A DNA stretch of 64,000 nucleotides from Octopus vulgaris. Lineage: Eukaryota. How positions within the stretch are numbered: position 1 is the first letter of the stretch; each line of letters begins with the position of its first letter. Below the pieces are notes generated by a model. The model made no database searches. It saw only the letters and a program-made list of their open reading frames with translations, and had not been told where the DNA came from. This document shows positions 12,391 to 23,824 of the stretch, piece after piece. Position numbers and translations under genes: made by a program. Location: assembly GCA_951406725.2 (NCBI GenBank), contig OX597817.1, forward strand, positions 133,858,001-133,922,000. The letters run 5' to 3'.

Positions 12391-14055
12391 AGTTTCAAGG
12401 TGAGAAGACAGTACCTTTGACCCTTCATAGGGCTTTTGAGATCGGTGAGGTAGGACGGGGAAGGTGTCCTCAAGCCGGAAACGGCTCACGAAAGTCTGCA
12501 ACGAAGCAGATTCTTCTAAAAAAGCCAAAGCTACTTGGCGGTGATGTTATACTAAGGAAGAGGCGAAGTCTACCATCCACGTAGGCTGCTACGTGATTTC
12601 AATTCAGAATGAAAAGAACTGGAGCCAATACTGCTAAGCATACGGCCCGACGTTCTTACAGGTACTTTTTTTTTATCATCAAACCTGACAGAATGAAAAG
12701 CAAAGTTGATCTTGCTGGGATTTGAATCTAGCGCATCGAATGTCACAACAAACATCGCGATGCATTCTGTCTGAAACTCTTACTACTAATACATCGCACA
12801 TATTCATCTGAGCTTCATTGTGTGGTGTTTACACAATATACACACCACACACACACACATGTATATTTAAAAATCACACATTTGTTGATTCAGCCACACG
12901 TATACTCATTACTATATACTCTTGCTCATATACTTACTGAAAGGCAAACTCGCATCTACTTGTACATACTGACACAGTGTTATTCATACACAGACTGACG
13001 CATGCCTATATTTATTTTATGAAGTAAACAAAAGGCCAAGAGTCTATTGGTTGTGCTCCATTCAGTCATGTGTCAAATCATGTTGCCAGTGTCTTGTTTA
13101 TTTTGAGTTCATTGCCAAAATACTTCCCACTCAACATCTTTGTTTGTGACCCAAAACTGTGATTTCAAAATGTCCAGAAAATGACTTAAGTGTATAGTAG
13201 TGTGTGAAACAAGGACTGTGGTGTAGCGTCTTGTGTTTCACCAATCACAGCCATTAGAAATGTGAGGTTTGGGAATTAGGTCGATAGATCAATAATTAGG
13301 TTTCAGTTGTGAAGAATGTTCCTCCCTTTGGAAACGTTCCCAAATGGCTATCGGAAACCTTCTGGTTGGGAGCCAGTTAGAGTGTCCCCGGGCGACGTAG
13401 TGGGAGACAGAGAGCGAGATTATAGGGGGGTAGAATAGAGAGAGAAAGAGAGAGAGAAGGGGAAGGGAGGTGGGAGAGAAAATGAAATTGTGGAAAGGGA
13501 CAGTGTGAAAGAGGACGAGAAATCGAGGTGAAAGAAAAAAAAGAAACGGAAACAGCGAGAAAGAAAGAATGAGAGAGAGAGGGAGAGAGGTGGAGAGGAA
13601 GTGGTAAGAGAAGATAGAAACAGAAAGAGAAATTGAAAAGTGTGACCAATGGCAAAATGTCAGGAAAAGAATGCAAGACAAAGATGGCGACAGGAAAAGG
13701 AGAGGAAAGGTGAATTATATTTCAAGGTAGATGAAATTTAAATAGTATGTTAATCTCAATAATTCTTCTTGATTATCACACCTAAAACTCAATACTACAT
13801 TTAGAAGATATATTCCAGAGCTGTGATTAAAAAGCCTTCAATTAGGAAATCGTTTAGAACGATAGTTTTTAAGTTGGGCGGAACGCCCACTTGCGCGTAT
13901 TATCATCTCAGGTAAATGAGAGGTAAATATCAAGAATGCACTATAGGAGGGGGCTAAGGGTTTAGAAGGGCCATAATAATCTTTCTGAGATATGAAATAT
14001 TTGAACTATGTAGAATACTTATATTTTAAAACATTTCCCTTCAAAACTGTTGTCA

Positions 14056-14097
<42 letters not shown>

Positions 14098-14111
14098 TAA
14101 TAATAATAATT

Positions 14112-14364
14112 TTGTTTTCGGATTTGGTTTGCAAGATTCTTTATATGAGTTCGTGTGTTGAAGCATATTCTGTTGTGTCTGGGGAGAGTCATTTTCTTTT
14201 TGTGCCTTATTATTTAACACACTCACTGATAAAATTTCCACTTATTTCTTATTTCCAACGAAATTTTAAGAAAATAAAAATAAGAAATAAGTGGAAATTT
14301 TACCGGTGAGTGTGTTAAATAATAAGGCACAAAAAAAATGACTCTCCTCAGACACAACAGAATA
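14112..14364. repeat. Foldback (~88-bp arms) in (TAA)n
   Basis: 14166-14254 is the reverse complement of ~14278-14364; the left arm has a ~54-nt outward extension; (TAA)n on both sides. Confidence 0.85.
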
Positions 14365-14611
14365 ATAATAATAATAATAACAGGAAATTGTGTTATCAGT
14401 GAGCAGAAATATGACGAATGATGAGTCTGCGCCAAAGTCCTGTATACTTGTGTAGTAATTTCTAAGGACACTATTCTATGAAAATATGAAAAAGGGATTG
14501 GGCCGGGGATGAGGGAAAAATATGGAGGATATACCATTTCGCAAACTTAGCATCCCTTTCATGAAAATACATACGCACACACACACACACACACACACAC
14601 AACCACGCACA

Positions 14612-15305
14612 TACAGGGGTAATCGGGATAAATTTGATGATTTATATGTTTCCTTTTTTCAGGTAGATCTTGATGTACGGGGTGGGGGAAGTCAACTGCG
14701 TTGGAGAGTTTGGAGATTAAAGGTCTAGTTGAAAAAAAGTTAATATGGAAGACTAGAAATTATTTGAATATTGGAAAAGAGTTACCTGTATCAATGATGA
14801 TTCGCTCCGGGTATGAAGGTGCCGACATCTTGACTGCTGATCAGTCGCACGTTGGAGAGGGTTGCTGCTGGAAGACCATGCGTAGCAGCAGGATCCGGCT
14901 CCTTGTTACACCCACGAAAAGAGTCAGAAGTGACTGCCGGAGAATTTCAATGACTTCCCCAGCCCCAATTTAAGGCTCCCTAATTTCCCTGATAGTAATC
15001 CCATGGGTTGCGCTGTTGAGAAAGACACCAACCGCTCTACTTGCTACACCAAGGCCGAGCTGGTTACCGAGATAAGATCAAAGCGGTGATCGAAGATCTT
15101 CCCAGGGACGCAGCGAGGAACGCATGCGCCAGGTTCTGGTACCGTCACGAGGCCATGGTGGAAGGTGAAGGCAGCTACTTTAAGAAAGCTGTTAACTCCC
15201 AGCCGTAATGAAGTTGATGTGCTTTGACTTTTTAAAAATACTTCTACGGTGTATTGTGTTTCCTTTTCTATTTTGCAAACTATCAAATTTAGCCTGAACA
15301 CCTTG
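14612..15305. mobile_element. Degenerate Tc1/mariner-superfamily element
   Basis: Imperfect TIRs CAGGGGTAATCGGGATAAATTTGAT / ATCAAATTTAGCCTGAACACCTTG; body similar to 53829-54300. Confidence 0.65.
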
Positions 15306-15403
15306 TGTGTATGTATGTATGTATGTATGTATGTATGTATGTATGTATGTATGTATGTATGTATGTATGTATGTATGATGTATGCATGCATGTATGATGT
15401 ATG

Positions 15404-15486
<83 letters not shown>

Positions 15487-15490
<4 letters not shown>

Positions 15491-16263
15491 AAAAATTTTT
15501 TTAAAAATGCAGAATGCTCAAATGAAAGAAAATTTTAATAAAATGAGAAAATGATAAAATATATAAATATATATTTATTCAACCGGTTTTCGTCATTGTA
15601 TGACTTGTCAAGAATATTTATGTTTTAAGAAGTTTTTTAAAAATTAGAAAGGGGAAAAAAGAAAATTGCATTGTTTTTTGTAAAAGAATAATGATAAAAA
15701 TGTACAAAAATTGAAAAATAAGTTCTCCGATACATTGTGAGTTCGTTGTGTATCTTGAGTTTTATGGTTGTTTACCAAAAAATTACCTTGAGGTGTTAAG
15801 ATCCAAAGGGATTAAGAGCATGTGATGTGTTGTGTTGTTAAATTCAGCATGTTGCAGGACAGGAAGTAGTAGTAATTGTGGTCCTGGTTCTTCAGTTCCT
15901 GTGTTGTGAGTAAGGGGAGACAACTCTTTTGAGTTCTTCAATAAAACCCAAATTATAAAACTATCATTTTAGCTTCATTTGCATTATCTTTTTTATATAA
16001 TTGCTTGTTAACTTAACTTTCAGATTTTAACACTTTATTTATATTATTTTCTAATAATATAAATCTGCATAGACAATTGCATTTCAAATTGTCATATCAT
16101 TTATAATAAAAATGATAGTAATAACAACAATAGTAAAAATGATATTTAAAGAATATAGGTTTTAGTTTGAAGTGATGAATGCATGGTATCTTTATATATT
16201 TGTGTTAGTCCATCCATGAAGAGTGAGGTAGAGAAAGGAAGTTTGATCAACGAGGAGTTTGCA
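15487..16263 (-). repeat. PLE 3' pseudo-LTR (left arm of inverted repeat)
   Basis: Reverse complement of 18238-19017 with only a handful of differences. Confidence 0.95.
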
Positions 16264-16265
16264 TA

Positions 16266-17798
16266 TTAAGTTGTTTGGAATTTTTCAATAAAGAGATTCT
16301 CCTTGTTAATTCTCTCCTGTGTGGTGATCCCGTCTTTACATTGGTAGAAGGGGAATATATAGAATTTGGGGTTTAAGTCTTTAGCACATGAGTCTAAGTG
16401 GTCACTCAGTGGAATTTGTCGGTATTCCGGGAGATTTATTTGTTCTTTATGCACCGTTACTCGTTTACGTAACGGGAGACTCGTTTGTCCAACATAATTA
16501 TGTTGGCAACCAGCGCATGTGAGAACGTAGATAAGGTTCTCGGAGGAACAGGAGAAGTTAGTCTTGATTTTAAACTTCGTACCTTGTTTGAAGGTAAATT
16601 CAGAGCCTTCAAGTAGAAAGGGGCAGGTACCACAGTTTGAGCGTGCACATTTTTTTACTGTTGGGGGTGGATGTGGTGTGTGAAGTTTGGCATTTATCAA
16701 GAGTTTTTTTAAAGATTTGTGTTGCCTTTTGCATTTGAGGATTTTGTGTGTATTTATAATGTTTTTCATTTTTGGGTCTGTTGACAGTAGACTGAGGTTT
16801 TGTATGATTGTGGTGTATGCTTCGATATTTTTGGGGTTGTGGGTGGAAATGTATGGAAGTATTTTGAGGTTGTGTGTGGTGTTAGGTTGGGTGGTTTTCA
16901 GTGTAGTGTTGTCTAGTTCTTTGGCGCGTTTTATTCCATACTCTATAAGGGTGGAGGGATATTGACGTTGTAATAGTGTTTTTTTGAGGTCTTGAAGGCG
17001 TATTTCTCGTGTTTTTGGATCCGAGACAATGGTGCATACCCTTTTAGCTAAATTGAAAGGGATATTTGTCTTGGTGTGTTTTGGGTGGCATGAACCAAAG
17101 AGGAGGTATTGTTGTGAGTCTGTAGGTTTGTGGTAGATGTCTGTTATGATTTGGTTCTTAGGTGTTTTTATAATTAGGAGATCAAGGAATGGGAGATGAT
17201 GTTTGTTTAATTCCATAGTGAATTGGATGTTGGGATGTATGTTGTTTAGTATGGTTTTGAATTCCAGGAGTTTTTCATAAGGTTCTTTCCATATGATGAA
17301 ACAATCATCTAAATACCTTTTCCAGTTTTCCATTAGGTAGGTGTGGAAAACATGTCCAAATTTCTGGCTTGATATTTCATAGAGTGACAGTTCGAAGTAA
17401 CCCATTATGAGGTTCGCAAGGACTGGTGCAGCCTTGGTACCCATCGCAATGCCACATTTTTGACGGTAGTGTGTGTCGTCGAAGAGAAAAAAATTGTTTG
17501 TCAGAATGAACTTAAGAGATTCTGTAATAAAAGACTTGTTAATGCGGTCAGGGAATGTCTCTGGGTGTTTTTCTAGCCAGAAGTCAATTGCCTCTATACC
17601 ATACTCATGTGGAATGTTGGTGTAGAGGTTGATGACATCAAAGGATACCAGGAGTGCCTCCTCGTTAACTGTTTTCGGGAGGTGTTTGAGCATGTCCAGA
17701 TCATCCCTAATGAAACTTTTGATGTGGGTAAGGAAAGGTTTCAAAAGGATGTCTAGGAAGTTACTCAGGCGGTGTGTTTCACAGGAGGTACCAGCCAC
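16266..17798 (-). CDS. Penelope-like reverse transcriptase + GIY-YIG endonuclease (main ORF of a truncated, frameshifted copy)
   Basis: RT motifs SFDVINLYTNIP, GIAMG, RYLDDCF, LPFLDL, YHKPT; linker CARSNCGTC; endonuclease NLIYVLTCAGCQHNYVGQT..LRKR..H. The same frame extends upstream through FYGLPKIHK and LRPIVAG. Confidence 0.93.
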   Translation of the reverse strand: MAGTSCETHRLSNFLDILLKPFLTHIKSFIRDDLDMLKHLPKTVNEEALLVSFDVINLYTNIPHEYGIEAIDFWLEKHPETFPDRINKSFITESLKFILTNNFFLFDDTHYRQKCGIAMGTKAAPVLANLIMGYFELSLYEISSQKFGHVFHTYLMENWKRYLDDCFIIWKEPYEKLLEFKTILNNIHPNIQFTMELNKHHLPFLDLLIIKTPKNQIITDIYHKPTDSQQYLLFGSCHPKHTKTNIPFNLAKRVCTIVSDPKTREIRLQDLKKTLLQRQYPSTLIEYGIKRAKELDNTTLKTTQPNTTHNLKILPYISTHNPKNIEAYTTIIQNLSLLSTDPKMKNIINTHKILKCKRQHKSLKKLLINAKLHTPHPPPTVKKCARSNCGTCPFLLEGSEFTFKQGTKFKIKTNFSCSSENLIYVLTCAGCQHNYVGQTSLPLRKRVTVHKEQINLPEYRQIPLSDHLDSCAKDLNPKFYIFPFYQCKDGITTQERINKENLFIEKFQTT

Positions 17799-18237
17799 GA
17801 TGGGCCTTAGTTTTAGGTCCTCCGGTGCTTTGATGTTGATGTGGATGTCAGTGGAGAGTTTGCAGGCTTCGGTGATGTATTTGTTTTTATGGATTTTAGG
17901 AAGGCCATAAAAAAGGCTGGGCTTGCATTTGAAAATGGTGATATAATCCCTTTCTTTTTCTGTGAGTCCCTGACCGTGTTGGCGTATGAGTGTGGTGAGG
18001 TTTCTGATTGTTTTTTGCTGTTTGTAGTTGTTAATAACCTCATAGAAAATGTTATTTTAAGCATGGAGAACACTAGGTGTTTATAAAATTCCGTGTCCAT
18101 AAGGACCACAGCAACTCCCTTTGTCCTCTTCTTTGATGGTGAGGTTTTTATCCAGTTGTATGTCACGTAGGTTTTCCCATTCTTCCTTACTGAAATTGGA
18201 TTTTACCTTGGTTTTGCTTGGGGTAAAGGGGAGACTC
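17799..18237 (-). pseudogene. Upstream, frameshifted part of the PLE ORF
   Basis: SNFSKEEWENLRDIQLDKNLTIKEEDKG / VAVVLMD / YGLPKIHK spread over frames, with shifts near 18118 and 18058. Confidence 0.85.
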
Positions 18238-19017
18238 TGCAAACTCCTCGTTGATCAAACTTCCTTTCTCTACCTCACTCTTCATGGATGGACTAACACA
18301 AATATATAAAGATACCATGCATTCATCACTTCAAGCTAAAACTTATATTCTGTAAATATCATTTTTACTATTGTTTATTATTACTATCATTTTTATTATA
18401 AATGATATGACAATTTGAAATGCAATTGTCTATGCAGATTTATATTATTAGAAAATAATGTAAATACAGTGTTAAAATCTGAAAGTTAAGTTAACAAGCA
18501 ATTATATAAAAAAAGATAATGCAAATGAAGCTAAAATGATAGTTTTATAATTTGGGTTTTATTGAAGAACTCAAAAGAGTTGTCTCCCTTACTCACAACA
18601 CAGGAACTGAAGAACCAGGACCACAATTACTACTACTTCCTGTCCTGCAACATGCTGAATTTAACAACACAACACATCACATGCTCTTAATCCCTTTGGA
18701 TCTTAACACCTCAAGGTAATTTTTTGGTAAACAACCATAAAACTCAAGATACACAACGAACTCACAATGTATCGGAGAACTTATTTTTCAATTTTTGTAC
18801 ATTTTTATCATTATTCTTTTACAAAAAACAATGCAATTTTCTTTTTTTCCCCTTTCTAATTTTTAAAAAAACTTCTTAAAACATAAATATTCTTGACAAG
18901 TCATACAATGACGAAAACCGGTTGAATAAATATATATTTATATATTTTATCATTTTCTCATTTTATTAAAATTTTCTTTCATTTGAGCATTCTGCATCTT
19001 TAAAAAAATGTTTCCTT
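18238..19017 (+). repeat. Inverted copy of the PLE pseudo-LTR (right arm)
   Basis: Starts TGCAAACTCCTCGTTGATC, the reverse complement of the sequence ending at 16263. Confidence 0.95.
18888..18928 (+). ncRNA. Variant minimal type I hammerhead-like motif in the pLTR (mirror copy 15576-15616, minus)
   Basis: TATTC-TTGACAA-GTCA(TACAA)TGAC-GAAA-ACCGGTT-GAATA: stem I, U3/A8 core variant, stem II, GAAA, palindromic stem III. Confidence 0.6.
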
Positions 19018-19062
19018 ACTTATCATTTCTCCACGTGCGGTCAACACAACCCCACCATTTAT

Positions 19063-19112
<50 letters not shown>

Positions 19113-19260
19113 CTCTTTTACTTGCTTCAGTCATTTGACTGTGGCACCACCTTTAGTCGAGCAACTTGACCCCAGGACTTATTCTTTGTAAGCCTAGTAC
19201 TTATTCTATCAGTCTGTTTTGCCGAACCGCTAAGTTACGGGGATGTAAACACACCAGCAT
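19113..19260 (-). mobile_element. SINE family A, 3' fragment
   Basis: Matches the family A tail. Confidence 0.8.
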
Positions 19261-19294
19261 AGAATATTTGTTGTTTTCCTCCATTTTCTTATCG

Positions 19295-19463
19295 TATATA
19301 AAATACAAAAATGGTACAATAACGCAAAACCTCCAGACAGTTAGGTGATACAAAAAAGGAACAACAAAACAAGGACGGGTCTCCAAATGACCCGTCCTTG
19401 GCTTCTTTGTATCGTCTGTCTGGATGTTTTTCGTTCTTGTTCCATTTTGTATTTTTTATATAT
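19295..19463. repeat. Imperfect foldback with TATATA at both ends
   Basis: CAAGGACGGGTC / GACCCGTCCTTG at the centre; outer arms AAATACAAAAATGG..CCAGACAG / CTGTCTGG..CCATTTTGTATTT. Confidence 0.75.
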
Positions 19464-19787
19464 AAAAATGTAGCGGCATATGTACACTTTGGTCTCTTAT
19501 ATGTAAGTATATATATCTAAACTTTGTACGACTCTATTATTCTTTCTGTATTTTCATTATTTCCTTCGTTTTATCAGCCCCTTCACACATAATTCGTTCA
19601 TTCCACTCTTCGTTCTTTCGTTTCCCCTCTCTCACATTTCCTAGCCTTCTCTTCATGCTCACCTTCCCTCCTCTTTCACTCCACTCTGTCCTTTTCATTT
19701 TTTTCTCATTTCTCCTTAATTCTTCTATCCCTCTACCTCTACTTCTCTCTCTACTTTCCCCATGTGACCCCATGTATATATATATAG

Positions 19788-19957
19788 GGAGGATTCACAA
19801 AAAAAAAAGACGGAGACAGGTGGTGTAGACAACAAACAGATGTATAACTCCCGGGAAGTGAAAAAGTCTTTAACGTTTCGAGCCTACGCTCTTCCATAGA
19901 AAGGAACACAGAAAGAAACAAGGAGAGAAAAAAAGAATGTATACTGGCTAGCGATCT
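19788..19957 (-). mobile_element. Probable PLE 3'-end remnant with hammerhead-like motif (family of 556-725)
   Basis: Minus strand CTTTCTATGGAAGAGCGTAGGCTCGAAACGTTAAAG at 19868-19903; TA-rich tracts on both sides. Confidence 0.55.
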
Positions 19958-19969
19958 ATTGTATGTATG

Positions 19970-20017
<48 letters not shown>

Positions 20018-20042
20018 TGTATCGTCTGCCTTTCTGGTTTCA

Positions 20043-20088
20043 TTTGCTGAAGAGGAGATAACCACCACTCCGAAATTCATGTGTCCAA
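20043..20088 (+). ncRNA. Type I hammerhead ribozyme motif
   Basis: TTG-CTGAAGA-GGAG(10 nt)CTCC-GAAA-TTCATGTG-TC-CAA; canonical core and GUC site; stem III imperfect. Confidence 0.65.
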
Positions 20089-20529
20089 CTGTCTTGTCTG
20101 GTTAGGGAGTCTATGAACTGGCTCGTAGCATTTATATTTATTTAAATTTTGTCCTTCACAAAACACAGTGAATAGCTTTTTTAAGGGTTCGAGTATGCGC
20201 CAAGCGTATTTGAGCTGATAAAAAAGTTTGTGTTTGTGTATGTGTGTGTGTATGCACACATACATACGTACATTTTGAAGACTACAGATCTAATCCATCA
20301 CTGGAACTGTTAAAAAAAGCTTCCAGAAGTTTATCATTTAAATGCATATGAGTATGTCTAGATATGCAACTATATGCATGAGTTTATATACATAAACCAA
20401 ATCATACAAATCTGCACATATACATAAATACATACATACATACATACACATACATACATACATACATACATACATACATACATACATACATACATACATA
20501 CATACATACATACACACAAACAAACAAAC

Positions 20530-20650
20530 AAGCAAGCAAAAATGCCCTCTTGTTGATGTTGAAATTCCGATGAAGGAGCCTTGAGTTTTGGTTTGAAACC
20601 GGCTCTTTCTCTATTGGCAACAAATCTTGAAATAAAACTGAACAATGACA
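20530..20650 (+). mobile_element. 3' UTR fragment related to the (TACA)n-associated RLE LINE
   Basis: GAAGGAGCCTTG...GAAACCGGCTCTTTC stem-loop shared with ~44598-44636 and ~23967-24015; CATA-type repeats flank it. Confidence 0.55.
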
Positions 20651-21247
20651 TACGTATACACGCACATACATATAGGCACACACGTACACACTCACGCAAA
20701 TATCCTTACATGCCTACATATATACAGGTAAAAAATTCTCCCAAAAACTTTTTCGAGTGTGGAGATAGCTGGTATTTGTCAGTCTGACAGCCAATGATTG
20801 AGACAACGGCATGTACCCTAGCACAATTGAAAAAAAAAGACTACACCATCTATCCCAGGGCAACTACAAAAGGCTACAGCATTTACTCCAGTTTTGGAAC
20901 TTACGCTATTGATACCGAAGACGTAAATACAGGCAGAAACGGAGCAGAGATTTTAACCACAGATGAGAATAAAAGACAAAGGATAAAATTGTTATTTACC
21001 GAATGAAGTGTTAAAACAAAAGAATTGTCCTCATAATAAATACGGAACACACGTGAGAGAAAATGTGTTGAAAGATTTGTCAGATCTGTTAAGTGGAAAT
21101 CTAAATAGACGGAGAAACGTCATTGACAGGTAGCTGCTGCTGCTGCGGCCGCTGCTGATTCTTGGTAGCTTCAAAAATACAACGAATGTAAACAGACACA
21201 CATACATATATATATATTAACATTGGATATGCCTACTCACTCGCACA

Positions 21248-21331
<84 letters not shown>

Positions 21332-21519
21332 TAGGTGAATGAATTATCCTAGTATGGACAATTCGGTTAACCGATACCCGGGTAGCGAATTCACGTCAGA
21401 AAACACGGTTGAAGCTACATGCCAGGGGCAGAAATCACGTGTTTTCGTGTGGAAATTTGTGTGTTTTTTTTAACTATAAATAAGTGAAAGAATGGAGTCG
21501 AACGGCGATTTTAACAAAA

Positions 21520-21618
21520 TTCCTTTATTCTCGACATATGTTTCGAAGACTGCATATTCTTAATTCCGAAGGAATAAAGGGTGCATTATGCCGCCTTCTC
21601 ATCAGGAAAGACAAGGAA
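21520..21618 (-). ncRNA. Type I hammerhead ribozyme, mirror copy
   Basis: Reverse complement of 21725-21823. Confidence 0.85.
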
Positions 21619-21724
21619 CCTATGTCAGCATCATGACGAACAAAAACTTTTAGATGACTTCCCACTGTGGACTCCATGTGGGAAGTAATCTAAAAGTTTT
21701 TGTTCGTCATGATGCTGACATAGG

Positions 21725-21823
21725 TTCCTTGTCTTTCCTGATGAGAAGGCGGCATAATGCACCCTTTATTCCTTCGGAATTAAGAATATGCAGTCTTCGA
21801 AACATATGTCGAGAATAAAGGAA
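21725..21823 (+). ncRNA. Type I hammerhead ribozyme with extended stem II
   Basis: CTGATGA 21738-21744; stem II GAAGGCGGCATA/TATGCAGTCTTC; GAAA 21799-21802; palindromic CATATG; GUC site ending 21810; stem I TTTC/GAGA plus TTCCTT/AAGGAA. Confidence 0.85.
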
Positions 21824-21858
21824 TTTTGTAAAATCGCCGTTCGATTCTCACTATTCTT

Positions 21859-21942
<84 letters not shown>

Positions 21943-22354
21943 TCTGTTTCTCTCCCTCTGGCTGTCATATAGATGTCTCACAGGGTGAAAGTGTAGCCAA
22001 GTCAACCGGGTGCCAAGATCAGCTCGAGATTTCATAAGCATCTGGAGATTTCATAAGCATCTGAAACAAGCGAAGTATGGTACATACTACCAAACCATAC
22101 TCGCTCACGGATGACGACTGGTTCCGTAGATCTGCCTCAGGTCTTTCATTACAATGTTAGTCATTACACTGTAGCACCGTCTTCAAGAAATTTTAATGGT
22201 GTGAAGACACCCCAGTACTAATTTTTTTAAGCCTGTTACTTATGTTATCGGAGTCTCTTGCCGAACCGCTAGGCTTCGGAAACGTAAACACATTTGTTGT
22301 CGAGTGGTGGTGATGGGACAAACACAGACACAAAGACGCACCCCCACACACACT

Positions 22355-22594
<240 letters not shown>

Positions 22595-22767
22595 ATAAAA
22601 ACTACTCATTGTGTACAGGGCATCACCAACGAGTGAAGAATACGCAAACACACGAGAGTAAAGTGCAGGACAAAATGCCTAAAGAAGATAAGTCCTCATC
22701 AGTTGTCAGACTGTTTATTACTCCTATTTCGTGCTTATATATATATATATATGAACAACAGAAGCGG

Positions 22768-22768
22768 A

Positions 22769-22854
<86 letters not shown>

Positions 22855-22869
22855 AGCAGTAGCAGCAAC

Positions 22870-22928
<59 letters not shown>

Positions 22929-22941
22929 CAGCAGCAGCAGT
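22768..22941. repeat. Compound (CAG)n/(TAG)n microsatellite
   Basis: Seen directly; source of the poly-S/V/L/Y ORFs. Confidence 0.95.
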
Positions 22942-23824
22942 GGTACAGATTGGTCAAACGTTTTTCTTTTGCTTGCAAATGCTGGGTTCAATTCTACCTC
23001 AGAGGCATGGAGAAAAGGGGATGGCTATAGAGAATAGCAAACCATTCTCTGTTACAACACTCTGGTTCTGCAGAATCTAATAATACAATTAATTTGGTGT
23101 TTGGTGAATGAATGGGTGAATACAAGAACGAAGGAAGAAGGAAAAGAAGGAAGGGATGCAATTTTCCAATTACATTAACCTGCATCGACACGAATCCAAA
23201 CTGCCAGAGGACAGATGTAATACCCATCTATGTCAGATTCGTAATAAATATTATGATTGCAATTATTAATTAATCATGTAGATACAACTTCGATCTGTAC
23301 CTTCACATGATCGCTGAAGAATAAAATACACAACAAAACAAAGACTGAAACTATTTAAAGTAAAAACAAAAAAGAAACAAAAATAAAAGTGAAAAAAAAA
23401 GCAAATGCGTGCGTATATTTAACTACTGCTGTTGATTAAAAATGCATTATGAAATATATATAGTGACAGACCTACCACTTCATCAATATAGCAACAGATT
23501 TTGTGTGTGTGTATGTATGTATATATATAGAAACACACGGGCATACAATTGTGTGGGTGTATGTATATTAGGGACAAACCTATTACGGCAATAATATTGT
23601 AATAGCAAATATATATATCATTCTTATAAATTATGATTTCAGAAAGTAAGTTCGTATCTATTTGTAAATATATCTTTAGTGTATAGTAATTAATGCATAA
23701 TAAAAAATTAATTAATAACTTGTCATTAACAGGTCATGGGGTACAAGTACAAGAATGCTGCACAACGATTACTACAGAGCTTACAGTATGCACACATGCA
23801 TGAATACATGCACGCATACATGCC

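Larger units (their letters stand above)
15487..19064 (-). mobile_element. Penelope-like element (Neptune-type), 5'-truncated, with inverted pseudo-LTRs, in (TA)n
   Basis: RT + GIY-YIG coding region between inverted ~780-bp repeats (15487-16263 / 18238-19017); 47-nt tail 19018-19064; (TA)n on both sides. Confidence 0.95.
21330..21859. mobile_element. Palindromic element in (TA)n with two hammerhead ribozyme motifs
   Basis: Arms 21487-21665 / 21678-21859 nearly perfectly complementary; ~157-nt extension on the left; long (TA)n on both sides. Confidence 0.9.

Noticed and set aside
13400-13720. Long purine-rich tract
   Set aside because: Low-complexity decayed (GA)n with no specific structure.
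20567-20608. CCGATGA...GAAACCGG as a hammerhead
   Set aside because: Better explained as the LINE 3' UTR stem-loop shared with ~44598-44636; core not canonical.
22026-22063. 19-bp direct repeat GAGATTTCATAAGCATCTG x2
   Set aside because: Simple local duplication; no spacers, not CRISPR-like.
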